DNA of 64,000 nt from Octopus sinensis (GCF_006345805.1 NC_043019.1:6695360-6759359); one strand, 5' to 3'; counted from the first letter of the stretch, positions 39,215 to 50,528 are shown. Numbers and translations are program-made. Notes: generated by a model from the sequence alone, not told the origin.

Positions 39215-39365
39215 AGCGAGGTTTTTTTGTGTGTGCCTTTCTGTGGAAGAGCGTAGGCTCGAAACGTAAAATACTTTTTCTATTCCTGAGCGTTATACTA
39301 ATAGATCTGTTTCTTTTGTACACCACCTGTCTTCATCTGTTTTTTTTTTTCGTAAACTCTCCTTA
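39215..39365 (+). mobile_element. Family B element with hammerhead-like motif at 39238-39271 (core CUGUGGA)
   Basis: TTT-CTGTGGA-A-GAGC gtag GCTC-GAAA-CGT-A-AAA, followed by cctgagcgttatactaata..cacctgtcttc and ending in tatatat. Confidence 0.8.
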
Positions 39366-39682
39366 TATATGTTAGTATATGTATATATGTATGTGTTTAT
39401 ATATATGTTAACTCTTCGATTACCAATTCTCGAAACACCATATGCGAAAAATCTCAAGCTATTGCTGAAAAGGAAATATTTATTCTAAGGTTGCCATGTA
39501 TTGTAAACAAACTGCGATTGTCGAACGACAATGAAATATTTTCGCTTCTGCTGATCCCTTTATTTTGCAGCTAATATTTAGACAAGTTATTAAATAAATG
39601 GCCTTGAATAAATGTCAAATAAGTTGTAAAGAAAAACAGCTGACACGCGCATACATACACAGCAGAAACAAAGAAACAGTTA

Positions 39683-39782
39683 NNNNNNNNNNNNNNNNNN
39701 NNNNNNNNNNNNNNNNNNNNNNNNNNNNNNNNNNNNNNNNNNNNNNNNNNNNNNNNNNNNNNNNNNNNNNNNNNNNNNNNNN
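39683..39782. other. Assembly gap (100 N)
   Basis: Run of n. Confidence 1.
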
Positions 39783-40665
39783 CAAGTAACAGATAAATGA
39801 TAATACAAAATCACACATTCCTTTAAATAATGAAATCCACAAAACAAGCACTTGAATAATACAGAATTTCATTGATGGAAAAAGATGAAAGATCAAAGGA
39901 AAGCTCAGCGTGTAAAAACTCAGAACGATTTAAATGTTTCCCTTAATCAAGCGATCTGTACAAAAATTCTGTTTTATTAGATATGGAGGCCTAAAAGTCA
40001 ATGTTGATAACGGCAAGATTTGAACATAGAGTTCAAAATCTATGAAAATGATATCGGAGAGGTTTCCTACACAAAGTTCTAATGATGCCATTTCGTACGT
40101 AAATGGAAGCGATTTACATCTTTGGGAGATCTCATATAGAGTTGAAATATAACCTTTTCCCTTTTCCACTCCTTAGCATGCTGCACAAAACTCTAGAAGT
40201 GGCCGCATCAGAGAATATACATACATATATATATATATATATTTGAAGAGTATACGTGTACTGATAGAACGTATCTATAATTATATCTGTCTATCTATCA
40301 ATCATTCTATCTACCTTATTTATATATATATATATATTATATATATATTATATATATATATATATATATTATATTACTGGAAGGTTTGGAGATGATGTAC
40401 AGGTATTTATATTAGAAGAAATGAGGTAATCAGAAGATAGGATGGTTCATATTTATAGATATTTATTTATATATTACATTTTTTACATTATATACATATA
40501 TCAGATCATATCATTCGGATTATATGCGCTCTCCCATCCAGTGGGGTTTTGAAAAAAAAAAAAATATATATATATATTCATATAATAAACATATACACAT
40601 ATATACATACATACATGTATACATACATACATATACATACATATCTCTCTTTATATATATATATG

Positions 40666-40697
<32 letters not shown>

Positions 40698-41134
40698 TAT
40701 ATATAATATATATATTTTTATTAGATATATATATATTCTATATATATATATATATATCTATACATATACATATTATACACACATATATTATATGAACCTT
40801 TTCTGCTCTACTTAACGAAGTAAGGTAGTCTAACTACCGTATTCAGAGTGAAATTCCACATCGAATGAAATATCTACAGCAATATCTTCTTCTTTCCCGA
40901 TTATGTCTAAATATGATATCAATTGACGAGATATATTTGGGATCTTATCTCTGTCAATGTCCTTTCTCTTTTTTTCATCGCCTTTGTTTCCTTTTCCCCT
41001 CAATCCCTTAATGCAACTTTTTGCATATGCACACGCACCAACACACACAAGACACATGTACATGTATATAAATATAGACATATAAATACACTAATATAAT
41101 TACATAAATCGCACACCACACCCACACCCACACA

Positions 41135-41194
<60 letters not shown>

Positions 41195-41489
41195 GATACA
41201 ATATATATACAATAATAAAAGGGTAAAATTAATTAATTATTAATTAATTTTACCAAGTAGTGTTCAGTATGTAAAAAGACCATTTACGGTATATTTAAAA
41301 CATTACTTATATAATTAGGGTTAGTAAAATAACTTACTTTACCACACAGCGAACTTTTAGAAATAGCAGCCAAAAAATTTTAGCTATTTCTCCTACTATA
41401 GAAAAAGTCTCCTAACAATGTATACTCAAAAAAATATTCACGTAGGAATAGAGGAGAAAACAACGAAAGATCACACGTACATCGATTAC

Positions 41490-41570
41490 TTGAACGCCGT
41501 TTCTGGATTAGTTGGATAAAGAGATGCTAGAAATACATACTCCTATCAACATTTCCTTCGTCAGCCCAAG
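41490..41570 (-). ncRNA. Degenerate type I hammerhead with long stem II
   Basis: Minus strand: cttggg-CTGACGA-aGGaaatGTTGATAGGAG..CTTTATCCAACtaatCCa-GAAA-CGGC-GTT-caag. The core is canonical and stem II pairs, but stems I and III are imperfect. Confidence 0.5.
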
Positions 41571-41683
41571 ATTTCGTTTGGTTTAAATTTGAGAGCACTA
41601 AAAATCGAACATACTTTCTGATATGAGACGGGTATGTTCGATTTTTAGTGCTCTCAAGTTTAAGCTTAACGAAATCTTGGGCT
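41563..41683. repeat. Inverted repeat with 52-bp arms and a 17-nt loop
   Basis: agcccaagatttcgtt..gagagcactaaaaatcgaacatac / gtatgttcgatttttagtgctctc..aacgaaatcttgggct, with 4 differences. Confidence 0.92.
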
Positions 41684-41699
41684 TATTATATACATGTAG

Positions 41700-41793
41700 A
41701 TAATATAATAATATATATATATATACATTTTATTATATATATTATATATATATATACATTTTATAATATATATATATATATATATTATATATA

Positions 41794-41849
<56 letters not shown>

Positions 41850-42292
41850 GATATATATATATATATATATACATTTTATATATATATATATATAAATTTT
41901 ATAATATATATAGATTTTTATATATAATATATATATATACATTTTATATATATATATATATATATAAATTTTATATATATTATATATATACATTTTATAT
42001 TATATATCTATATATATACACATTTATATATATATATATAATATACTATATATACGTTTTATATATATATATATATATATAATATATATATATATACATT
42101 TTATATAATATATATATATACATTTTATATATAATATATTATAATACATTTTATAGATCTATATATATATCTATATAATATATATTACATTTTATATATA
42201 TATAATATATATATATATACATTTTATATATATATATATATATTAGATATATATATACATTTTATATATATATATCTATGATATATATATAT
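41700..42292. repeat. (TA)n-derived array punctuated by recurring CATTTT
   Basis: atatacattttatata recurs more than 10 times at irregular spacing. Confidence 0.9.
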
Positions 42293-42392
42293 CTTACCTT
42301 TCATTCTTTATTTTATATAATTGTATAGACGCGGGTGTGTTGAAAGCCTTTGGCATTGAGGGTATCGTGAAAGATCTGGTGGAGGCCAGATT

Positions 42393-42474
42393 TGCATTTG
42401 CAAATTCCATTTTCCCCACAAATATATATATATATATATACATCTTTGTGGGGAAAATGGAATTTGAAAATGCA
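42393..42474. repeat. Inverted repeat (~29-bp arms) with a (TA)n loop
   Basis: tgcatttgcaaattccatttccccacaaa / (ta)n catc / tttgtggggaaaatggaatttgaaaatgca. Confidence 0.88.
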
Positions 42475-42764
42475 CTGAGAATAGTTCAAATATTTTAAAA
42501 AACATATTTCAAGCTTTAACCAGTTTCACAGTTTACAATGATTTTCAGAGTTCCAATAGATAGACGTGGCTTATGCCGCAGCTGTCTTGCCTCTGACTAG
42601 TGTTTGAAGCTTGCCCTATTTTTATTGGAAATTCACGACTCAAATTAGTGTATGTTTTAAATAGGATTTGATTGGTCGATGATAGTAACATGACTGGTCT
42701 TAAACATTTTCGTAGGTTTTCTTCTATAAACCCTATGCCTTTAAGAGGAAGAATCATTAATACG

Positions 42765-42945
42765 AATGGGTACTAAAAATTTCCTAGCTTTGGGTAAAAG
42801 GAAATGCAGCAGAATATAAGATATTTAGCCCAGATTCCGTCACTTATTGCAGCGGACCTTCTGTTTTTCTAAGCGTCGGAAGTTTGAGACTCCTACAACG
42901 TCTTTCGTGATGCACTTAAATGCAGGAACTTTTCAACATCTACTT
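42765..42945. mobile_element. Mariner-type MITE (degenerate copy)
   Basis: aaaatttcctagctttgggtaaaag..ttattgcagcggaccttc..ttaaatgcaggaacttttcaaca, similar to the copies at 43057 and 56496. Confidence 0.65.
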
Positions 42946-42964
42946 CTCTCCTCCCCTCTCTCTT

Positions 42965-43054
<90 letters not shown>

Positions 43055-43056
43055 CA

Positions 43057-43276
43057 CACGAGGGGTTGCTGAAAATTCTTGGTTATGATAAAAAGAAAAT
43101 ATGAAAAGATGTATTAATCATGATTTTATTCAACATATAATCTTCTCAGATTCGCACACCAATTGTAGCGGTCCTTCAGCTTTTCAAAGCCGTGTAAACC
43201 AAGTCCGGGGGTTGGGCCTCCAACCAGGAATTTTGCGACACTCTTAGTTGCAGGAACTTTACAACACTCCTTCGTG
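43057..43276. mobile_element. Mariner-type MITE
   Basis: TIR-like ends cacgaggggttgctgaaaattcttgg / caggaactttacaacactccttcgtg. Homologous to 56496-56713. Confidence 0.8.
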
Positions 43277-43334
43277 ATATTCAGACGGTGGGAACTTTGG
43301 TGTCGAAAATACCGTGAAAATGGCCCTTGGCTCT

Positions 43335-43560
43335 ATTACGAGCGTAATGATGGGGATGGTAGTGATTGTGGCGGCGGTGGTTGTGGTGGCGGCTGTGGTG
43401 GCGGCAGTGATGGTGGAGGTGCCGGTGGTTGTGGTGGTGTTGCTGATAGTGGTGGTGGTGGTGTTAATGGTGCTGGTATTGGTGGAGCTGATGCTACAAG
43501 TCTTACTAGTATTGCCGATGCCGTAACGTCTGCTGGTGCCGGCGGCGTTGGTAATTCGGA
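43335..43560. repeat. Degenerate (GGT/GGC)n low-complexity tract
   Basis: Directly visible. It explains the poly-G/V/T ORFs. Confidence 0.85.
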
Positions 43561-43881
43561 AGTCTTTGAAAAGATTTAAGTACGGTCCAGTCAAGCTAAT
43601 CAATATATTCAATTGAATATAACAAAGAATGTCCCAGAAGACATTGATCTTGTATCAGCGATTCATTTGTTAGATTTCTTTGTTGTTATTAGAACAGCTA
43701 AATTCTTATTTTCATTTTCGGTATGAGTGGGTATGTACTTTTGCTTTGGTTTTAGACGACGCACATACCCACAACAAAACACTCTCTCTCACACACACAC
43801 AAGTATATATACTCACGCACACATATATACATACATATAGTGGTAAGAAGATATACACAGATATATATATATAATATATAT

Positions 43882-43920
<39 letters not shown>

Positions 43921-43954
43921 CAAAATAAAGTAAAAACATGATGCGAAGGATTCA

Positions 43955-44030
43955 GCGGTACATATGTTTCGGGCCTTTATGACAGATTTATAACAATGCA
44001 TAAAGTAGGTCTGTGGCCTTCTTCAGCCGC
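43955..44030 (-). ncRNA. Type I hammerhead ribozyme motif, intact, GUA triplet
   Basis: Minus strand: GCGG-CTGAAGA-aGGCC-ACAGA...TCTGT-cataaa-GGCCc-GAAA-CATATG-TA-CCGC. Canonical core, stem I 4 G-C pairs, stem III palindrome ACATATGT. Confidence 0.85.
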
Positions 44031-44339
44031 GCACAACAGCTTCCACAAGGACATGTGTTACATCAAAAAATCTTGGTTGGGGATGCAAATCCTCTCATTC
44101 GCGTACGACATAATGCGGCAGCAGCATAGAATTGAAGCGTCCATCTCTTTCTTCTCTCAATGTAGAATGAGGACAATTGGATGTTTTCCAATTCTCCTCA
44201 TTCTACATGAGAGAAGAAAGAGATGGACGCTTCAATTCTATGCTGCTGCCGCATTATGTCGTACGCGACGAATGAGAGGATTTGCATCCCCAACCAAGAA
44301 TTTTTGATGTAACACATGTCCTTGTGGAAGCTGTTGTGC

Positions 44340-44413
44340 GCGGCTGAAGAAGGCCACAGACATACTTTATGCATTTTTAATCTGTCTAATAAAGGCCCGA
44401 AAAAATGTACCGC
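44340..44413 (+). ncRNA. Mirror-copy hammerhead with mutated stem III
   Basis: GCGG-CTGAAGA-aGGCC-ACAGA...TCTGT..GGCCc-GAAA-AAATG-TA-CCGC. The palindrome is lost and 15.2-16.2 is an A.G mismatch. Confidence 0.7.
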
Positions 44414-44560
44414 TGAATCCTTCGCATCATGTTTTTACTTTATTTTGATCAATTTACTCCACTACCTACACCACCAACGGTATACACAGGCTTATATTAT
44501 CAAGTACTCACCCCGAATTTCTATATATATATAATTTTATATATATATATATATATATGT

Positions 44561-44893
44561 GAGGCGCATGGCTCAGTGGTTAGAGCGTCGAGCTTACGAT
44601 CGTGAAGTTGTGAGCTCGAATCCCGGACCGGGCTGCGTGCTGTGTTCTCGAACAAGGCACTTTATTTCACGTTGCTCCAGTTCACTCAGCTGTAGAAGTG
44701 AGTTGCGACGTCCCTAGTACCAATCTGTATCGACCTTTGTCTTTCCCTTGGATAACACTGGTGGCGTGGAGAGGGGAGGCTGGTATGCATGGGCGACTGC
44801 TGGCCTTCCATAAACAACCTTGCCCGGACTTGTGTCTAGGAGGGTAACTTTCTAGGTGCAATCCCATGGTCATTCATGACCGAAGGGGGTCTC
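44561..44893 (+). mobile_element. Well-preserved tRNA-derived SINE, family S4, inserted in (TA)n
   Basis: A box tggctcagtgg (44569) and B box gctcgaatcc (44614), then gcactttatttcacgttgctccagttcactcagctg. TA tracts on both sides. Confidence 0.92.
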
Positions 44894-44915
44894 AATATAT
44901 ATATATATATATATG

Positions 44916-44946
<31 letters not shown>

Positions 44947-45043
44947 GCACACACAAATACATATATCTATAAATATATCTGTCTGCGGATGTATATGGAT
45001 GTATAAAATTATATGGACATGTACATATGAATATCTGACTACC

Positions 45044-45083
<40 letters not shown>

Positions 45084-45542
45084 CATTTCTATGTGTGTGT
45101 GTGTGCGTGCGCACGCGTGTGTGTGTCTGCATACGTGTGTGTGTGTGTTTATGTAAATATATATATATATATGCATGGTTATACGCATATAACGACGAGC
45201 CAGTTGCAGTGCAGATTCAACGTCACGAGTTGGGACTCTCTATCATGGTAACGTGTGCTGAAGAGGGTGAAGCTATTATGCCAATCCAGAAACCGGTTCA
45301 CGGGAGTCCAAATAGTTGAATGTATGCTGACAGATTGTCTTAGCCCGTTTGCCTTCGGGCAGTTGCTTTCTGTACTTATTAATGTATTTTGGCGATTTGA
45401 ATAGGAGTTTTGACTGTTATTTCCAGCAGGGAGATACACAGAGTACGTTCTTTGATTAATATATTTAAATGTATTTATTATTTATATAGATGCATATGAT
45501 GTATTTATACGACTGAATCTACACACATACATTCATACGTAA

Positions 45543-45599
<57 letters not shown>

Positions 45600-45608
<9 letters not shown>

Positions 45609-45837
45609 CATATATATATATATACCATATATATAGCTTATATATATATATATACCATATATAGAGCAATATATATATATATATACCATTATATATAGCA
45701 TATTATATATATATACCATATTATGCATGATATATATATATATACCATATATACCATATATTATATATATATATATACAATATTATTACCATATATATAT
45801 ATATATACCATATATTATAATATATATATATTAATAT

Positions 45838-45845
<8 letters not shown>
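45600..45845. repeat. (TA)n-derived array punctuated by recurring TACCAT
   Basis: atataccatatata recurs about 7 times. Confidence 0.85.
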
Positions 45846-45868
<23 letters not shown>

Positions 45869-45880
45869 TCGTAAATGTGG

Positions 45881-46088
45881 GTGTTGCGAATTTATGGAAA
45901 CAAATGCCATAAAACTCAACAATTTTAATAAAAATGGAGAAGAGAAAGTATTAAAATATATAAGAGAATTTTAATTCATTCAGACGATCATTTCGTAAAA
46001 TTCTGTTATATATTTTAACAACTTATCTTCTCGATTTTTATCAAAATTGTTGAGTTTTATGGAATTTGTTTCCATAAATTCTCAACAC
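45881..46088. mobile_element. 208-bp fold-back MITE-like element (arms ~92 bp)
   Basis: gtgttgcgaatttatggaaacaaatgccataaaactcaacaatttt..aaaatatataagagaatttta pairs with taaaattctgttatatatttt..aaaattgttgagttttatggaatttgtttccataaattctcaacac. Confidence 0.88.
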
Positions 46089-46223
46089 ACCATATACAAG
46101 TCTTGTTTTCATATTCGCAATTTTAGGCTAGTAAGCTACCAGCAAAATAGGAAAAGTCTATATTAGAAATCCTTTCTCGGAACCTCCAAATTGAAGGACG
46201 AATCTAATTCAACCGTTTTACAC

Positions 46224-46254
<31 letters not shown>

Positions 46255-46263
46255 AACACTCAC

Positions 46264-46322
<59 letters not shown>

Positions 46323-46764
46323 CACATATATGCAAAAGTGACATATATTTACACACACATCTATATATACCTATATATATATACATATACACGCACGCAC
46401 AAACACACACACACACATGCACGCACACACACACACATATATATACACACACACAAAAGTTAAGGAATGGTGGAGATAGCAAGCGGAACCTCAGAAGTGA
46501 TAAATATCCAAGCGATGTGTATACTGCAGGTTATTCTTCAGGCGAAGATATCTTGATCGAATGAAAGTCTACATTGTCGCAAGGAGCTACATGTTCACTC
46601 ATGCAAGATTCAATGAGATTCTGTCTTTTTTCAATTTATCGTATTTCGATAAAAAAAAAATCCCAATAAACAACTATTGTCTTTGAAAATTGTTTACGGA
46701 TTACTTGAAGCTAACTCCCTTCCTACGCCTCCATCCTTGGACGTTGATTCACTAGCTTCTGCAC

Positions 46765-46947
46765 GCATTTTTTTTCTCTCCTTGTTTCTCTCCGTGTTTC
46801 TTTTCTGTGTATCTTTCTGTTGAAGAGCGTAGGCTCGAAACGTAAAAGACTTGTTTTATTTATATTCCTGAGCGCCATACTAATACAATTGTTTGTTTGT
46901 ATTCCACCTGCCTTCGTCTGTTGTTTATTTTCATAAAGCTTCCCGTT
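46765..46947 (+). mobile_element. Family B element
   Basis: Pyrimidine-rich leader, hammerhead-like motif, cctgagcgccatactaatac, and a tail ending cccgttatatata. Confidence 0.85.
46812..46849 (+). ncRNA. Minimal type I hammerhead-like motif, A6U core variant
   Basis: TCTTT-CTGTTGA-A-GAGC gtag GCTC-GAAA-C-GT-A-AAAGA. Stem I 5 bp, stem II 4 bp, ACGT palindrome, GUA triplet (predicted cut after 46844). Confidence 0.75.
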
Positions 46948-47764
46948 ATATATATATACACACACACGATAGAATTCTACACAATTTCCGTCTTCCCAAC
47001 TCACTCACAAGTTGGTCCGGTGAAATGAGAAGAACCTGCCCTAATTGACACGCAGTTATACTGAAGCTGAAACTACGCGCTTGCAAGGCTAGGTTCATCA
47101 GCAGACAGCCTTGCCTAGGCCTGTTTAGACATAAAAAATGATATATTTATTCATCGTTGAAAACTTTATAGAAAATATATTAATTCTTTCACGTTTTGGT
47201 CTGTCATGCAACTTCATGTAGGTGCGCACATCTTTTCGGACTTCTCTTCTTTAACCCATGAGAACAATCAGAATGTGACAGATGGGAAGGCAACGCGTTT
47301 CACCACCAATGGATCTCTACCTCCTTCAAATATTAAAGGAAGAAGATGGCCTTGTAGTATCCGAACTCACAGATCTATGAGCAGGGGAAAATACCACGCA
47401 GCATTGCCCTTAGCCATTTTATCGAATCAGTCAGCCGACATCAGCCGAATCTTAAAGATCTACATTTGCAATGAGATCCATGCGTGCGTGCACAAATGCA
47501 TATATGTGCGTAGAAATACAGGAATAACTGCTTGGTTCTGTGTAAATTCTAATCACAGATATATTGCTTGTTTGGAATACATCTCTTTCTTTCATGTTGT
47601 AAAAATATATTCAAACATAAATCGAAAGTGAATGAAAAAAAAAAAGCATCCAAACGTTTTGAATAGGGAAAAAAAAAGTTTATGTTTAATTTCATTTTCT
47701 GTGCGAAATATAATATGTCATACAATGAGTTCGATCGCTAACATCACTCTTTATTCATCAATCC

Positions 47765-47809
<45 letters not shown>

Positions 47810-47952
47810 ATTATTTACAAGCATATATTACAGAAACAGAGACACACGCACACATAGACACACACCTATGCGAACATACATACATACATACATATATACA
47901 TACATACACACACACACACGCACACGCACACACACACGCACACACACACACG

Positions 47953-47989
<37 letters not shown>

Positions 47990-48087
47990 GTAAAGTATTC
48001 AGTACTAGATATAACTTATAGAATATAAATGGTTATATGTATTTATGAACTGTTCTGTGTGTATATACGGCTGTGTTCATGTATTTA

Positions 48088-48174
<87 letters not shown>

Positions 48175-49188
48175 AATTGTATATATACTATATATATATA
48201 TATGTATATACACACACAAACAAACATAATTATATTTTTATTTATTGACGCTTTCAAGTATAGACACTCAAACACAAACCCCAAAATATATTATACGTGT
48301 GCATGTATATGTGCATATGTATACATATATAAATATATATATATTCCATTGACTGCTTCTTCTGTTCTTTCTTTTTATTGTTACTCCCTACACAGTCATC
48401 AAAATCGAAATTCCATAGAAAGTTTTGCCAAAGTAAGGATAGCTGCAGGAAGCCTTCTGTGAAAAGAAGACAATGTCGCTTTTCTTGGAATAAAATATTA
48501 TTTACCAATTTCCTCGAAAGAACTTGTGATAATATCTTGTAAATTGGAATAGCTCGTGCTTTCAATATAGAAATAGATAAATCGATAGAGATTTTGCCAT
48601 TGTATGGTAAACAGCAACATACGTGAGTGTGTCTTTGTGTATGTGTCAACCATGCAGCGCCGCGTCGCCATCTTCACCGACTCGGAGTTACTGATTGGAA
48701 AAACGTAGAAGTTCGGGGTGGGCGAAGGAGTAGACGTATATGTGTGTGTGCGTGTGTGTGTGTGTGATTTATATGTGCGTGTCAGTGAAAGTGTGTCCGT
48801 ATGCACTTATATAAACTGAAATAGAGATGGGCATACATGCTCTTGTAGACACAAAAGACACAAAAACGAACATACAAACACATTCTTGCACATACGCGCA
48901 CGGACACACACTCACACACTCACACACACACAAATACACAGACACCCATACACACACATTTACACGTATTGTATACCTATATACATCCATATAAACATAC
49001 ATAATTATATGCGTCCTTATAAATAAATCTATACACAATATAGATTTATGTAAATGTGTGCTTATATGCATGTCTGTGCACATATATCTCTCTATATAAC
49101 AATTCCTCTCATTCGCCAGTTATCTATCTGTCTGTCTGTCTGTCTCTTGTTTTCTTTGTACACTCCTCAACGAAAAAAGTACGTATAT

Positions 49189-49224
<36 letters not shown>

Positions 49225-49240
49225 ATATATATACATATAC

Positions 49241-49289
49241 ATATCCCGATAAATTATCAGACGAAATAATTATACATATACTTTTGAGT

Positions 49290-49351
<62 letters not shown>

Positions 49352-49491
49352 ATATCCCGATAAATATATCAGACGAAATAATTATACATATACTTTTGAG
49401 TTGTGTGTATATATTATATATAGAATATATATATATCTATATATATATAGATATATATATAGATATGTATATATATATATATGTATATATA

Positions 49492-49524
<33 letters not shown>

Positions 49525-49572
49525 CATATATATACATATATACATATTCATAAACATACATATATATATACG

Positions 49573-49633
<61 letters not shown>

Positions 49634-49961
49634 TACATATACAATATCCCGATAAATATATCAGACGAAATAATTATACATATACTTTTGAGTTGTGATA
49701 TATATAATAATATATATAATATATAATATATATATATATCATATATATATATAAGATATATACTATAATATATAGTCTGTATGTATATATATATATATGT
49801 ATATATATGTACTATCTATATATATATATATATATATGTATATATGTTATATATATGTATATATGTATATTATATATATACATATATATACATATATACA
49901 TATTCATAAACATACATATTATATATATGTATATATATATATATACAAATGAAAAAATATA

Positions 49962-49995
<34 letters not shown>

Positions 49996-50390
49996 ACTAT
50001 AAACACACACGCACACAGACACACAGACACATACATACATACACAGTACTCGCTCATACGCACGCACAATCCCACACGTTCGTTTGAATTGTCTTGTCTC
50101 CCACGTTGTACGCCTGCGAGTCAAATCTCCACAGCTATACGAATGTATACATTCTGGCAACGTGTTGCTGTTTACTATCTAATGGTGAGCATAAACTGGC
50201 AATAACTATGTCAGTGTAGGTAAGTGTTATTTCTTGCCTACATACGCTCGGATATAAGAGAATGTGCAACAAATCATGTTGGCGTTTCTTGATAACTTGA
50301 TGTGGATATAGGCACGTGCTCGATCGATATATGTATATCTCGATAAATATATCAGACGAAATAATTATACATGTACATGTGAGTTGTGTG
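49241..50390 (+). repeat. ~55-bp unit repeated four times within TA mosaics (49241, 49352, 49644, 50334)
   Basis: atatcccgataaatatatcagacgaaataattatacatatacttttgagttgtg. Confidence 0.92.
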
Positions 50391-50396
50391 TGTGTA

Positions 50397-50430
<34 letters not shown>

Positions 50431-50494
50431 GATATATACTATATATATATAGATATAAATATATAGAATTTAAATATATATATATAATATATAG

Positions 50495-50528
<34 letters not shown>

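Larger units (their letters stand above)
43919..44449. mobile_element. 531-bp fold-back element (arms ~260 bp, 5-nt loop tgttt at 44182-44186) carrying two opposed hammerheads
   Basis: The left arm atcaaaataaagtaaaaacatgatgcgaagg... is the reverse complement of the right arm ...ccttcgcatcatgtttttactttattttgat along the whole length, with few substitutions or indels. The left end abuts (TA)n. Confidence 0.95.

Noticed and set aside
44561-44630. tRNA-like heads here and at 23600-23669, 51730 and 56390-56457
   Set aside because: They are SINE heads continuous with SINE bodies, with no complete cloverleaf or anticodon context, so they are not tRNA genes.
47206-47631. 141-aa non-repetitive ORF
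   Set aside because: No recognisable domain, codon pattern or splice structure. An ORF of this length is plausible by chance.
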